Both the position numbers and the translations under genes were made by a program. Below the pieces are notes generated by a model that was given only the letters and a program-made list of their open reading frames with translations, made no database searches and was not told the origin of the DNA. From assembly GCF_009914755.1 (NCBI RefSeq), contig NC_060934.1: a DNA stretch of 64,000 bases; one strand, given 5' to 3'. This document shows positions 30,501-47,594 of the stretch, piece by piece; position 1 is the first letter of the stretch; each line of letters begins with the position of its first letter. The DNA comes from the human T2T-CHM13v2.0 reference genome, Homo sapiens.

Positions 30501-30800
30501 GACAAAGAGTTTGTCCCCCATGTGAACCAAAATGTCTCTACCTAATAAAGGAGTGGGACTTTCAGGTGTGATTGAAAAGGCATGTGTAACTAATAGGTTC
30601 CCCCCAACTGCAACTAAGGGGTTAAGAAAAATAACAGATTAGAGTTTTTTCTGAGGTGCCCCTCACAGTTATGGGAAGATGGGAGGCCTGGATTAGAAAG
30701 AAGAAGAGAGAGGCTTGCTGTAGTGTCCAGAAGGAGGTCTACCTTTCTTCCTTCAATTTCCAGAATCACCTGGGGCTCCTGTGCTGTAGTGGCATTTGAG
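27542..30800 (-). pseudogene. pol: ERV pro-pol remnant
   Basis: PR LLDTTAS (DTG mutated), RT LQYVDD and FLGITGFCRLWIPGY, RNaseH FMDGNSFV, IN PGEDWQIDFT, and C-terminal SWIHHTKVK. Heavily frameshifted. Confidence 0.9.
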
Positions 30801-30839
30801 CTCCTGGAGCCAGAGGTTTGAGCCCCAGGACATATCAGC

Positions 30840-33800
30840 CCAGTTGGATCACCTGTGAGATTGGTTCTGAACCCAGTGACCTTTATCTCCAGGGACAATC
30901 CAATTTCCAGTGATCCCCATCACATTCTGGACAGGGTCATGGTGGTTTCTTCTTGCTGCCTGGGCACTCCTTAAAGTGCCCTGACTTGCTGCACTGATAG
31001 CAACTAATGGATGCACCTCAGGGATTCTGGACTTTGCAAGTTTGCAAAGCAGTTACTAGAGCCTCTGTTCTTCTCTTTTACTTCCTCTCTTTCTCCTGGA
31101 CCTCCTTCTGGTCCCTATAATAAAAGACAATGGTGGCCACCCTCAGGAGGTTCTTCAAGGTGCTATCTGGTCCTATAACCTGCCTCTGTAGTTTCCTTCT
31201 AATATCAGGATCTTCCTGTGTAATAAACTTGTCCTTCAGGATGAGCTGTCCCTCAACTGAATTGGGGAATAAGGAGGTGTGTTTTATTAGTGCCTGTCTG
31301 TCTTTCCATAAAGGCTGTGGGATTCTCATCTGGCTTTTGGTCTATCATAGACAGTTTGGAGTAATTAAGATCTTTGGCCCTAATTCTTTCTAGGCCCTCC
31401 AATATGCACATTAGAAACTGTTTTCTTTTTCATTCATCTGTGGTGTCATTGAAGTTCCAATTAAGGTTGTCAAGAGGTATTGCCCCTCTTCTTATTGGGA
31501 ATGGCTTTTCCCCTATTTCTTCACCTTCCCTATTTATTTTCTCTTTTCCTTTTTGGCCTACTATAGAAGACATACTGCTCATCTCGTAATTTCTCTGTTG
31601 CCTGCAGAGCTTCCTGCTTTTCACTGTGGTTAGGGTTTGGATTAGGAGCAGCATAACATCCCTCCACAAGAGGTCAAACACCTGAGTTAGGTTTTGGAAA
31701 GCTTCTATATACCTAACAGTGTCATAAAAAATCTGCCTAAGTCTCCCTTTATTTGCCTAAGGTCCTGCAATAAGAAGGGAGCTTGAACACTTGTGGCATC
31801 ACCTCTGTTGGGCATTACCTGTAGGCATAAGTGTGAAGGTGCAGAAATGGGGAGTTTTTAAGGTGGTGGGGGTAGAGCACCTGGTGGTGCAGTGGGAGGT
31901 TGCCCCAGGTAAGGGGGATTGGAAGGGCTGTAACACTCAATAGATGATTTCTCCATGATATGGTTTGGCTGTGTCCCCACCCAAATCTCATCCTGAATTC
32001 CCAGGTGTTATGAGAGGCACCTGGTGAAAGGTAATTGAATCATAGGGTCAGGTGTTTCCTGTGCTGTTCTTGTGATAGTGAATAAGTCTCACGAGATCTG
32101 ATGGTTTTAAAAATGGGAGTTTCTCTGCACAAGCCTTTTTGGCCTGTTGCTCCTCCTAGCCTTCTTCCATGATTGTGAGGCCTCCCCCACCACGTGGAAC
32201 TGTAATTCCATTAAAATCTCTTTTTCTTCCCAGTCTCAAGTATGTCTTTATCAGCAGTGTGAAAATGGACTAATTCAGTAAATTAGTACCAGTAGAGTGG
32301 GGCACTACAGAAAAGATACCCCAAAATGTGAAAGCAACTTTGAAACTGGGTAACAGGCAGAGGTTAGAACAGTTTGGAGGACTCAGAAGAAGACAGGAAA
32401 ATGTGGGAAAGTTTGAAACCTTCCAGAGACTTGTTGAATGGCTTTAACAAAAATGCTGATAGTGATATGAACAATAAGGCCCAGGCTGAGGTAGTCTCAG
32501 ATGGAGATAAACTTCTTGGGAACTGGAACAAAGGTGACTCTTGTTATGTTTTAGCAAAGAGACTGGCAGCTTTTTGCCTCTACCCTAGATATTCATGAAA
32601 CTTTGAACCTGAGAGAGAGAATTTAAGTTATCTGGCAAAAGAAATTTCTAAGCAGCAAAGCATTCAAGAGGTGACTTGGGTGCTGTTAAAGGCATTAAGT
32701 TTTAAAAGGGAAATAGAGCATAAAAGTTCAGAAAATTTGTAGCCTGACAATGCAATAGAAAAGAAAATCCTATTTTCTGAGGAGAAATCCAATCCAGCTG
32801 CATAAATTTACATAAGTAATGAGAAGTCAAAAGTTAATCCCCAAAACAATGGGGAAAATGTCTCTAGAGCATTTCAGAGGCCTTCACAGCAGCCCTTCTT
32901 GACACAAGTCCAGAGTCCTACAAAGAAAAAGTGGTTTTGTGGGCTGGGCTTGAGGTCCCCATGCTGTATGCAGCTTAGGGACTGGTGCCCTGCATCCTGG
33001 CCACTACAGCCATGGCTGAATGGGACCAATAAAGAACTCAAGCTGTGGCTTCAGAGGGTGTAAGCCTCAAGCCTTGTCCACATTATGTTGAGCCTGCCAG
33101 TGCACAGAAGTCAAGAACTGGAGTTTGGGAACCTCCACCTAAATTTCAGAAGATGTATGGAAATGCTTGGATGTCCAGGCAGAAGTTTGCTGCAGAGATG
33201 GGGCTGTCATGGAGAACCTCTGCTAGGGCAGTGCAGAAGACAAATGTAGGGTTGGAGCCCCCACACAGTATCCCTACTGGGGCACTGCCTAGTGGAGCTG
33301 TGAGAAGAGGGCCACTGTCCTTCAGACCCTAGAGTGGTAGATTCACCAACAGCTTGCACCATGCACCTGGAAAATTCATGGTCACTCAACTTCAGCCAAT
33401 TAAGGCAGCCAGAAAGGAGGCTTTACTCTGCAAAGACACATGGGTGGAGCTGACCAAGATCTTGTGAACCCACTTCTTGCATCAGTGTGACCTGGATGTG
33501 AGACATGGAGTCAAAGGAGATCATTTTGAAGCTTTAAGATTTGATTGCCCCACTGGACTTCAGACTTCCCCGCAGCCTGAAGCCCATTTGTTTAGGTCAA
33601 TGTTTCCCATTTGGAATGGCTGTATTTATGAAATGCCTGTACCCCCATTGTATCTAGGAAGTAACTAACTTGCTTTCAATTTTACAGGCTCATAGGCAGA
33701 AGGGACTTGCCTTGTTTTAGATGAGACTTCAGGCTTTGGACTATGTACTTTTGAGTTAATGTTAAAATGAGTTAAGACTCTGGGGGACTGTTGGGAAGGC

Positions 33801-34583
33801 ATCATTGGTTTTGAAATGTTAGGACAGGAGATTTGGGAGGGACCAGTGGTGGAATTATATGGTTCGGCTGTGTCCCCACACAAATTTCATCTTGAATTCA
33901 CATGTATTGTGGGAGGGACCTGCTGGGAGGTAATTGAATCATGGGGGCAGGTTGTTCCTGTGCTGTTCTTGTCATAGTGAATAAGTGTCATGAGATCTGA
34001 TAGTTTTAAAAAGAGGAATTTCCCTGCACATGTTCTTCTCTTTGCCTGACACCATCCATGTAAGATATGACTTGCTCCTCCTTGCCTTCCACCATGATTG
34101 TGAGGTCTCCCAAGCCATGTGAAACTGTGAGTCCAATTAAACCTCTTTCTTTCTTTTGTAAATTGCCTAGTCTTGGGTATATCATCTTTATCAGCAGTGT
34201 GAAAAACAGACTAATACACTCTGGAAGTTGCTTTTCTAGTCTTGGGGAATCATTCCCTTTGGGCCTTCCTGATATGATTGCTAGAAGGGCTGGGTGAATT
34301 GTGCAATGCTTGCAAAGGTCTGGGTTTTCTCATAGGGCAAAGAAATCTTGTATATAATGGACCTTGGGCCATTTTCCCTCCCATATGGAGAAAAGATCTA
34401 ATTCTTGGACACAATTTAAATTAAAGCTTCCTTCCACAGTTTAGGCTGTTTCAAGTGGGTAAGAAGGCCACACCTTTGTGGGAAAAAAAAAGCCACTTTT
34501 CTTCATATCTCAGGGTAAAAAGAGTCCCAGTGTTTTCAAATGCACTCCAGAGGACTACAGGCCGAAGATGATCTGTTACTCAT
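30840..34583 (-). pseudogene. gag: ERV gag remnant, interrupted by THE1
   Basis: Starts MSNRSSSACSPLECI at 34583. CA motifs (FDLLWRDVMLLL, LKDKFITQEDPDIRRKLQ) and two zinc knuckles (CYQCSKSGH; CPECDGDHWKLDC). Confidence 0.85.
31956..34218 (+). mobile_element. Full THE1 (THE1A/B) MaLR: LTR 31956-32277, internal region, LTR 33855-34218
   Basis: Both LTRs follow TGATATGGTTTGGCTGTGTCCCCAC…GACTAATACA. ~1.58 kb THE1-int. 5-bp TSD CTCCA/CTCTG. Confidence 0.95.
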
Positions 34584-35053
34584 CTAGAAATGGAAGCATG
34601 AAAAAGATGTCCCTTTAGTCTCCTTCCTATTGGTGTGACCTAGGGTGGAGGGGAAGACAGTGGTGGCATGCTCCACCTACTGATTTCCCTCCTTGGCTCC
34701 TGAGTACCAGCACCTTATTTAATGTGCTGCCCATGGCTGCATTCTTGCAACCCTGCAGCCATTTAAAAATACAGGACCAGAGGAACTAAGCAATTGAGAT
34801 TAGTCATGCTTACCCATGTGACTCTAGTCCTCCACTTGTGATTTCCCTTTGACTTCCTAGACTTATGTGGCCTCTGTGGCTCCTAGAAGGATGGATCTTG
34901 GGAAAAATTATAATATTTGCATTTGAGCAAGGCCCCTTTAATGGATAGTGCATGCTAGATTGAACTCTATATCCTGCTTATTATGGCCCATGTTAAAGCG
35001 TTTACCCTTAGAGAATGGTTCCAATTAACTTCCAAACTTGAAATCCCCTTGCT

Positions 35054-35923
35054 GATTGCCATTCTAACTGGTGTGAGATGGTATCTCACTGTGGTTTTGG
35101 TTTGCATTTCTCTGATGGCCAGTGATGATGAGCATTTTTTCATGTGTCTGTTGGCTGCATAAATGTCTTCTTTTGAGAAGTGTCTGTTCGTATCCTTTGC
35201 CCACTTGTTGATGGGGTTGTTTGTTTTTTTTCTTGTAAATTTGTTTGAGTTCTCTGTAGATCCTGGATATTAGCCCTTTGTCAGACAAGAGGGTTGCAAA
35301 AATTTTCTCCCATTCTGTAGGTTGCCTGTTCACTCTGATGGTAGTTTCTTTTGCTGTGCAGAAAGGATCTAGAACTAGAAATATCATTTGACCCAGCCAT
35401 TCCATTACTGGGCATATACCCAAAGGATTATAAATTATGCTGCTATAAAGGCACATGCACACGTATATTTACAATAGCAAAGACTTGGAACAAACCCAAA
35501 TGTCCATCAATGATAGACTGGAGTAAGAAAATGTGGCACATAGACACCATGGAATACTATGCAGCCATAAAAAAGGATGAGTTCATGTCCTTTGTAGTGA
35601 CATGGATGAAGCTGGAAACCATCATTCTCAGCAAACTATCAATCACAAGAACAAAAAACCCAACACCACATGTTCTCAGTCATAGGTGGGAATTGAACAG
35701 TGAGAACACTTGGAACAGGAAGGGGAACATCACACACTGGGGCCTGTCATGGGGTGGGGGTAGGGGAGAGGGATAGCATTAGGAAATATACCTAATGTAA
35801 ATGACGAGTTAATGGGTGCAGCACACCAACATGGCACATGTATACATATGTAACAAACCTGCACGTTGTGCACATGTACCCTAGAATTTAAAGTATAATT
35901 AATTTAATTAAAAAAGAAAAAAA
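35054..35923 (+). mobile_element. 5'-inverted (twin-primed) truncated L1, about L1PA4/5
   Basis: 35054-35363 is antisense ORF2; 35364-35923 is the sense 3' end with tail. TSD AAATCCCCTTGCT (35041) / AAATCCCCTTACT (35924). Confidence 0.93.
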
Positions 35924-36214
35924 AAATCCCCTTACTATTTCAGTACCATTTTAATTGGAGGCAGAATAGGTGCCTTAAAAGAACATAGGGACCAAATGGC
36001 AGTTTTCTAGTTGATGGGACAGTATCGAAACTAAACAACTTTGTCTTTGGAGGACATTTTACTCCTAATTGTTGTTGAAGGCAGAGTTTTCCTGTTCACA
36101 GAAGCAGCATGAAGCCTGGTCTCTAGCAGAGGGGCACAAAAAGGGAGGAGAATTTGGAGGCTAGAGTGTTTTGGCAGAGGACCAACAATGTGCTTCATGG
36201 AGAGAATTCCCATC

Positions 36215-36230
36215 CCACTAGGTGGCGCTG
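36215..36230 (+). promoter_or_regulatory. CTCF core motif in the ERV leader
   Basis: CCACTAGGTGGCGCTG matches the CTCF core CCASYAGRKGGCRS with no mismatch. Binding is not shown by sequence alone. Confidence 0.6.
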
Positions 36231-36231
36231 T

Positions 36232-36408
36232 TGACCTTGAAATGCCATGTGATCTCTAGACTAAGGGCACAGGGTGACCATGACATGTCATGTGCTCTCC
36301 ATACCAAGGGCAGAGAGTGAACTTCAAATGCCATGTGCTCTCCAGACAAGGGTAGAGTGTTACCTGGAAATGCCATATGCTCTCCAGACCAAGGGCAGAG
36401 AGTGACTT
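36232..36408. repeat. 43-bp tandem repeat, four copies, in the ERV leader
   Basis: Unit TGACCTTGAAATGCCATGTGCTCTCCAGACCAAGGGCAGAGAG, starting at 36232, 36275, 36318 and 36360. Confidence 0.9.
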
Positions 36409-37014
36409 CACTGTGATGAGGGACCCTCTATTCCTAGAAAATTACAACGGCATTCCCTTGAGCTACACCTTCAGTTACTATGGCATTTCCTGATCTTACC
36501 TAACAAGATTACTTCCCTGAACTGTAAAATTTCTGTGGCATTGCATACAAAGAGAGAGAGGATGGGAGACATGGTGGTTGCAGACAGGAATGGAGGAAAT
36601 TATAGTATGAAAGCTGGAGATCCTGTTGCTGACACTCTGTCAGGCAGTCAGAGGATGAGGTCAGTCCAAATCCTTTGAACAACACCAGGGAGTAGCTTCC
36701 GCCAGAAATCCTCAGTTGCTTCAGAACTTTTTCCAGCCCCATTCAATTGCTAGGTCCTCTGAAAGAAAACTGGTTCAAACATGGCCAATATGCCCAGCAA
36801 CGTGTGGGTACTGGGGGATTCTACATGTTTTCCCCAGCAAGCCTCTCCCCCATGTCTTGTAAAGCTGGCAGCCATGCTAATTATTTTTAAATGACTGAAG
36901 GGAGCCCAGTATTTGGTATGATTTGATTCTAAAATGGAGGCTGAGAGCCTTGAAATGAAAGGACAGAGTTGAGTTTCACTCCTGTATTCAACATTCCAAT
37001 GAAAGTACCTTGGG

Positions 37015-37032
37015 ATCCTGGACACACCCCCA
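37015..37032 (-). other. Primer binding site, tRNA-Pro
   Basis: Reverse complement TGGGGGTGTGTCCAGGAT versus tRNA-Pro PBS TGGGGGCTCGTCCGGGAT (14/18), 3 nt inside the LTR. Confidence 0.8.
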
Positions 37033-37035
37033 GTA

Positions 37036-37675
37036 TGAAGATGCATTGTTGTCTAAGGTAAATACCTGAGGTTCATCGTCTTGCAACAAGAAGTCTAAGG
37101 GCATGGACACACACAAGGAGTGAGTTTAGGAGTAGAAGTTTTATTTCCAAAGAAAGAGAAAGGAGAATAGCTCTCTCTCTTGTGAGAGAGAGGGGCGTTC
37201 AAATAAGAATTCTGCCCCATGGCAGAGTGAACCAGATTTTACAGACAGGCTTGAGGAAGCAGTGTCTAATTTACATAGAGCCCACAGATTGGTTGGACCA
37301 GGGGTGAGGTTTACATAGTGCATGGGGAAGCTGGCCATCCCATCCTAATCGTCTTATTATGCAAATGGGATCTTTGCTTGACTAATGCCATGTTCCCTGC
37401 TCCTTACTGTACATGTGGCTGGCAAAGAGAAGGGAAGATGGAACTGACATTTTGAATGTGCCCAGTCCCAGGCAGCCTTTTCTTATTAGCACAACTGATG
37501 GCATTCACCAGTGCAAGCTTCCAGCTTGTTTCTCTATGTCTGCAAGTCATTTTACAGTCTGCTATTTGTAGGAAAAGAAAGTATTTTGGGCTGCTTTTCA
37601 TTAAAAGGAAAACCTTACTGAGGACTCCTGTGCTCTCACTATCTGCCTAAATAACTTTTTAAAACTCATATATTA
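37036..37675 (-). mobile_element. LTR9-family 5' LTR
   Basis: Minus strand …TTAGGCAGATAGTGAG…GGAGTCCTCAGTAAGGTTTTCCTTTTAATGAAAAGCAGCCC…GACAACAATGCATCTTCA. Contains the octamer ATGCAAAT at 37359-37366. Confidence 0.8.
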
Positions 37676-38520
37676 CTAACATATGTTGCATCTTGGAGAA
37701 GTTTCCATATGCATTGAGAAAAATGTGGTTTTTTGTTACTGTTGTGTGGAGTGCTTTGCATGTGTCTGTTAGGTCCAACTGATTATAGTATTGTTCAAGT
37801 CCTGTATTTTCTTATCGAAGTCCTGTCTGGTTTTCTTTTCTTCATCATTAAAGAATTTTTTTTGCTGGATAAAGTATTATAGACTGGCAGTTATTTCCTT
37901 TTAGCATTTAGATGATATTATTCTATCATCTTCTGAATTTCATTGCTTTTATTTAGAAGTTAGCAATAGTATTGTTACTTTGAAAGGAAATGCATTTTGT
38001 TCTCTTTCAATTTTTAGGAACTTTCTTTAATATGTGTTTTATAGTCTTTTGAATATTTTCTGCCTAAACATGTTTTCTTATATCTGGTTTCAGGCTCATA
38101 GTTCTCCTCCAATATGTAACCCAATATCTTTAATCTGCTCTGAAAAATTCCAGGTGTTTATCTGTTCAATAGCTTCTTCTCCATTCTATCTTATCTCTCC
38201 TTGGGAAGTCTAATTTCAACCTAAGCTCTATAAGCTTCTTCATTGCCTTTTCTCTATATTTTTTTCTTAAGACTGTATGTTGTTTTCTCATTTATTTTCC
38301 AATTTATGAATTATTTAGCTATGAAATATCTGGTATTAAACCCATTCATTAAGCAATTCGCTATAGTTAGTGTATTTTTAGTTGCAAAATGTTCATTTAA
38401 TATTTTAAAATATTTTATATTGTTATGCTGGTATTATTTACCTTTGAATTTATTTCTATATATATGTAGTAACATTTACTGTTATACAACTTTCAGAGAA
38501 TTCCAAGATTTATGTTAATG
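37676..38520 (-). mobile_element. Old L1M fragments (ORF2 EN and ORF1)
   Basis: TTCCATATGCATTGAGAAAAATG…GTCTGTTAGGTCC…TTGTTCAAGTCC followed by T-rich L1M-like sequence. Confidence 0.6.
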
Positions 38521-38574
38521 TGGGGTTTTATTCTGTTGTCTATATTTTATTCTCAAACTTCTCTATGTGTCTTG

Positions 38575-38705
38575 TTTTTATTTCTATTTAGACATGGGGT
38601 CTCCCTATGTTACCCAGGCATAACTCAAATGCCTAAGCAGAAGCAATGCTCCCATCTCAGCTTCCCAAGAAGCTAGGGCTACAGGCATGCACCACTATAC
38701 TTGGT
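38575..38705 (-). mobile_element. FLAM (Alu monomer)
   Basis: GGGGTCTCCCTATGTTACCCAGGC…CTCAGCTTCCCAAG…CTACAGGCATGCACCAC. Confidence 0.8.
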
Positions 38706-38754
38706 ATGTCATTTTATTTTTTTGCATATCTAGTTCTTTCATGTTTTCTTTTGC

Positions 38755-38945
38755 TCTGTTGAAATATAAAATAAATGCAGTTAAGAGCAATAATATTAAG
38801 TATAAACATTAATGAATATTTACACGTGTATAAACTTTCATAAACACCATTCACATCAAGATCTACAACACTTCTAACATGCCAGATGCTCTATTATGCC
38901 TGTTACAAGTACATTTGCCTCAGAGAATGAGGTGTTATTCTGACA
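38755..38945 (-). mobile_element. L1ME-type 3' end fragment
   Basis: TTGAAATATAA…AATGAATATTTACAC…CACATCAAGAT…TATTCTGAC. Confidence 0.55.
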
Positions 38946-38994
38946 GAAGGTTGATTTTGTCAATGAGGGTTATACTCTACCAATGTAAAAAAAT

Positions 38995-44940
<5,946 letters not shown>

Positions 44941-46100
44941 ATAAAAACCCTAGAAGAAAATCTAGGCAATACCGTTGAAGACATAGGTATGGGCAAAGAT
45001 TTCATGATGAAATCTCCAAAAGCAATTATAACAAAAGCAGAAATTGACGACTGGAATTTAATCCAACTTAAGAGCTTCCACACAGCAAACGGAACCATCA
45101 TCAGAGTGAACAGACAACCTACAGAAGGGGAGACAATTTTTGCAATCTATCTATTGGACAAAGGTCTAATATCCAGAAGCTACATGTAACTTAAACAAAT
45201 TTAAAAGACAAACACAAATAACACTGTTAAAAAGTGGCGAAGGACATGAACAGACACTTCTTAAAATATACACATGCGGCCAAAAAATATATGAAAAAAA
45301 GCTCCTAAATAATAAGTGTATTATTAGAGAAATGCAAATCAAAATGACAATGATATACATGACATACCATGTCATGCCAGTCAGAATGGCTATTATTAAA
45401 AAGTCAAAAATCAACAGATGCTGGCAAGATTGTGGAGAAAAATGAAAACTTTTACACTGTTGGTGGGAGTGTAAATTAGTTTCACGGTGGTTTGCACTGT
45501 GAAAGACAGTGTTGTGATTTTTCAAAAATCCAGAGGCAGAAATACCATTTGACCCAGCAATCCCATTAGTAGGTATATATCCAAAGGAATATATATCATT
45601 CTATTATAAAGATATATGCATGCATATGTTTATTGCAGCACTACTCGCAATAGCGAAGATATGGAATCAACCTAAATGCCCATCAATGATAAACTGGATA
45701 AAGAAAATGTGGTACATACACACCATGGAATACTATACAGCCATAAAAAGGAATGAGATCATCTCCTCTGCAGGGACATGGATGGAGTTGGAAGCCATCA
45801 CCCTCAGCAAACTAATGCAGGAACAGAAAACAAAATACCACATGTTCTCACTTATTAGTGGGAGCTTGATGATGAGAACACATGGACACCTAGAGGGAAG
45901 CAACACACACTGGGGCCTCTTGGAGCAGGGAGCTGGGGGAGGGAGAGCTTCAAGAGGAATAACTAATGGATGCTGGGCTTAATACCTAGGTAATGCTATG
46001 ATCTTTGCAGCAAACCACGATGGCACATGTTTACTTATGTAACAAACCTGCATATCCTGTATGTGTACTCCAGAACTTAAAAGTTGAAAAAAAAAAACAA
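44941..46100 (+). mobile_element. L1PA12/13-like 3' fragment
   Basis: ORF2 C-terminus plus 3'UTR CTAATGGATGCTGGGCTTAATACCTAGG…AAAAGTTG and an A tail. Confidence 0.85.
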
Positions 46101-46611
46101 AGAATGTGCAGACGTACTGACATCAGGGAATTGAGATCAGGATATCTGAAATCATCTGCCCACCACTGCCCCAAGTGACTCATTTTGGTGGGTAAGGGAG
46201 GAGCTATGGGGACGGACAGAAAGTGGGGCTTTTTAAATTAAAGTTTGATGATGCAATGGGGAAGCAAATTGTTCTGATCATGGTCAAGCAGCTTGATCAG
46301 ACTCACCTTCCCATGGATAACTCTGTCTAAAATGGAGAAATTACTCACAGGAAAACAGTTCATGGAAGTCAGTGTCATCCACTTCAAGTAGATTCTGGAG
46401 GTGATGCCTATAAAAAGGAATTGCAAGGAGTGAAGTATTTGAGGGCACAGCTTTTCACCAATACATGCCCCATGAATGGCTTCCCTTATGCTCTTTTGCA
46501 TCTTCATTTTAATATAGTTGTCAGGGTAGCTTTGTTCAATAAACACTAAGTATTCTCATTCTATTTTAATGTCTAGATAATACAAGTAATACTTTTTTTA
46601 AGACACAAATG

Positions 46612-47200
46612 ATATTTTATTAATTGTGATAATATATACATAACATAAAATTAACTATATTGATCATTTAGAGTGTATATTTTAGCATCCATAATTACAT
46701 TCAAATTATTATGCAACAAACATCACTGTCTCAAGAACTCTTTTCATCTTGCAAAACTGAACTTTGTATCATTAAACAGTAACTACCCATCCTCAATTTC
46801 CTCCTATTCCTGACTACCCCCCATATAACAACCCATAGAAATTTTCTATATCTATGAACTTGTGTATTTCTAGGTACCTTAGATAAGCCAGTCACATAGT
46901 ATTTTGTATGATTGTGGCTGTCTTATTTCACTTTGCATTAATATCTTTAAATTTCATTCATGGCATAGCATGTGTCAAAATTTACTTTCTTTTAAGGATA
47001 AATAATCTTCCATTGTATATTTGCACCACATTACTTCCTCAGTGGTCACTTGTGATGTTTCTACTTTTTTGGATATTGTGAATAGTGCTGCTATGAACAG
47101 GGGTGTGGATATATCTCTATGATAAGTTACTTGCATTTCTTTCAGGTATGTACCCACAAGTAGAATTGCTAGATGATATGGTAATTCGCTTTAAATTTTT
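46612..47200 (-). mobile_element. L1MB-type 3' end
   Basis: ACATAACATAAAAT…GAACTCTTTTCATCTTGCAAAACTGAAC…GTGCTGCTATGAAC. Confidence 0.8.
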
Positions 47201-47594
47201 AAATTCTTTTTAAAAAAATACTTAAGAAATTCTGTCAAAAGCAAGAGAGCTGTGAACACCTGAACTACCACAGAATCCTTTCACCACCTCCCACTAATCC
47301 AGGAACACCAAGGTTCAGTTTGTCATCATCAGTGGATTCTGCTATGGAATGCTTTAGAATCACAGGAGTTTACCACTAGTCCAAACCTCCAGAAGGATGA
47401 AGTTTCTCCAAGTAGTCAAATCTTTTCTTGCTTGGAAAATTCTGAGGGCCCTGCAGACACCTTGGCCAGTTTGGAAAACACCACACTGCACAGATCACTG
47501 AGTTGGGTTCCACCAGGAGTCAATCCTGTGCCAGCTGGACATGAAACATGTATTGTATTGAAAGAAAATAAACAATAAAGAATAAACACAATAA

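Larger units (their letters stand above)
26745..37675 (-). mobile_element. HUERS-P3-like ERV1 provirus (5' LTR9, leader, gag, pro-pol), 3'-truncated
   Basis: LTR9-like LTR, tRNA-Pro PBS, and gammaretrovirus-like gag/PR/RT/RNaseH/IN remnants. No env ORF or 3' LTR seen. Confidence 0.85.

Noticed and set aside
32181-32193. PRDM9-A hotspot motif in THE1
   Set aside because: CCTCCCCCACCAC lacks the T at position 7 of CCNCCNTNNCCNC.
36232-36408. CRISPR-like array
   Set aside because: These are contiguous tandem units without unique spacers, inside a primate ERV leader.
19612-37700. L1MA2 5' end continuing at 37676 as one split element
   Set aside because: The two ends overlap by about 24 nt of consensus, the right piece looks older, and the intervening DNA contains ancient MIRs.
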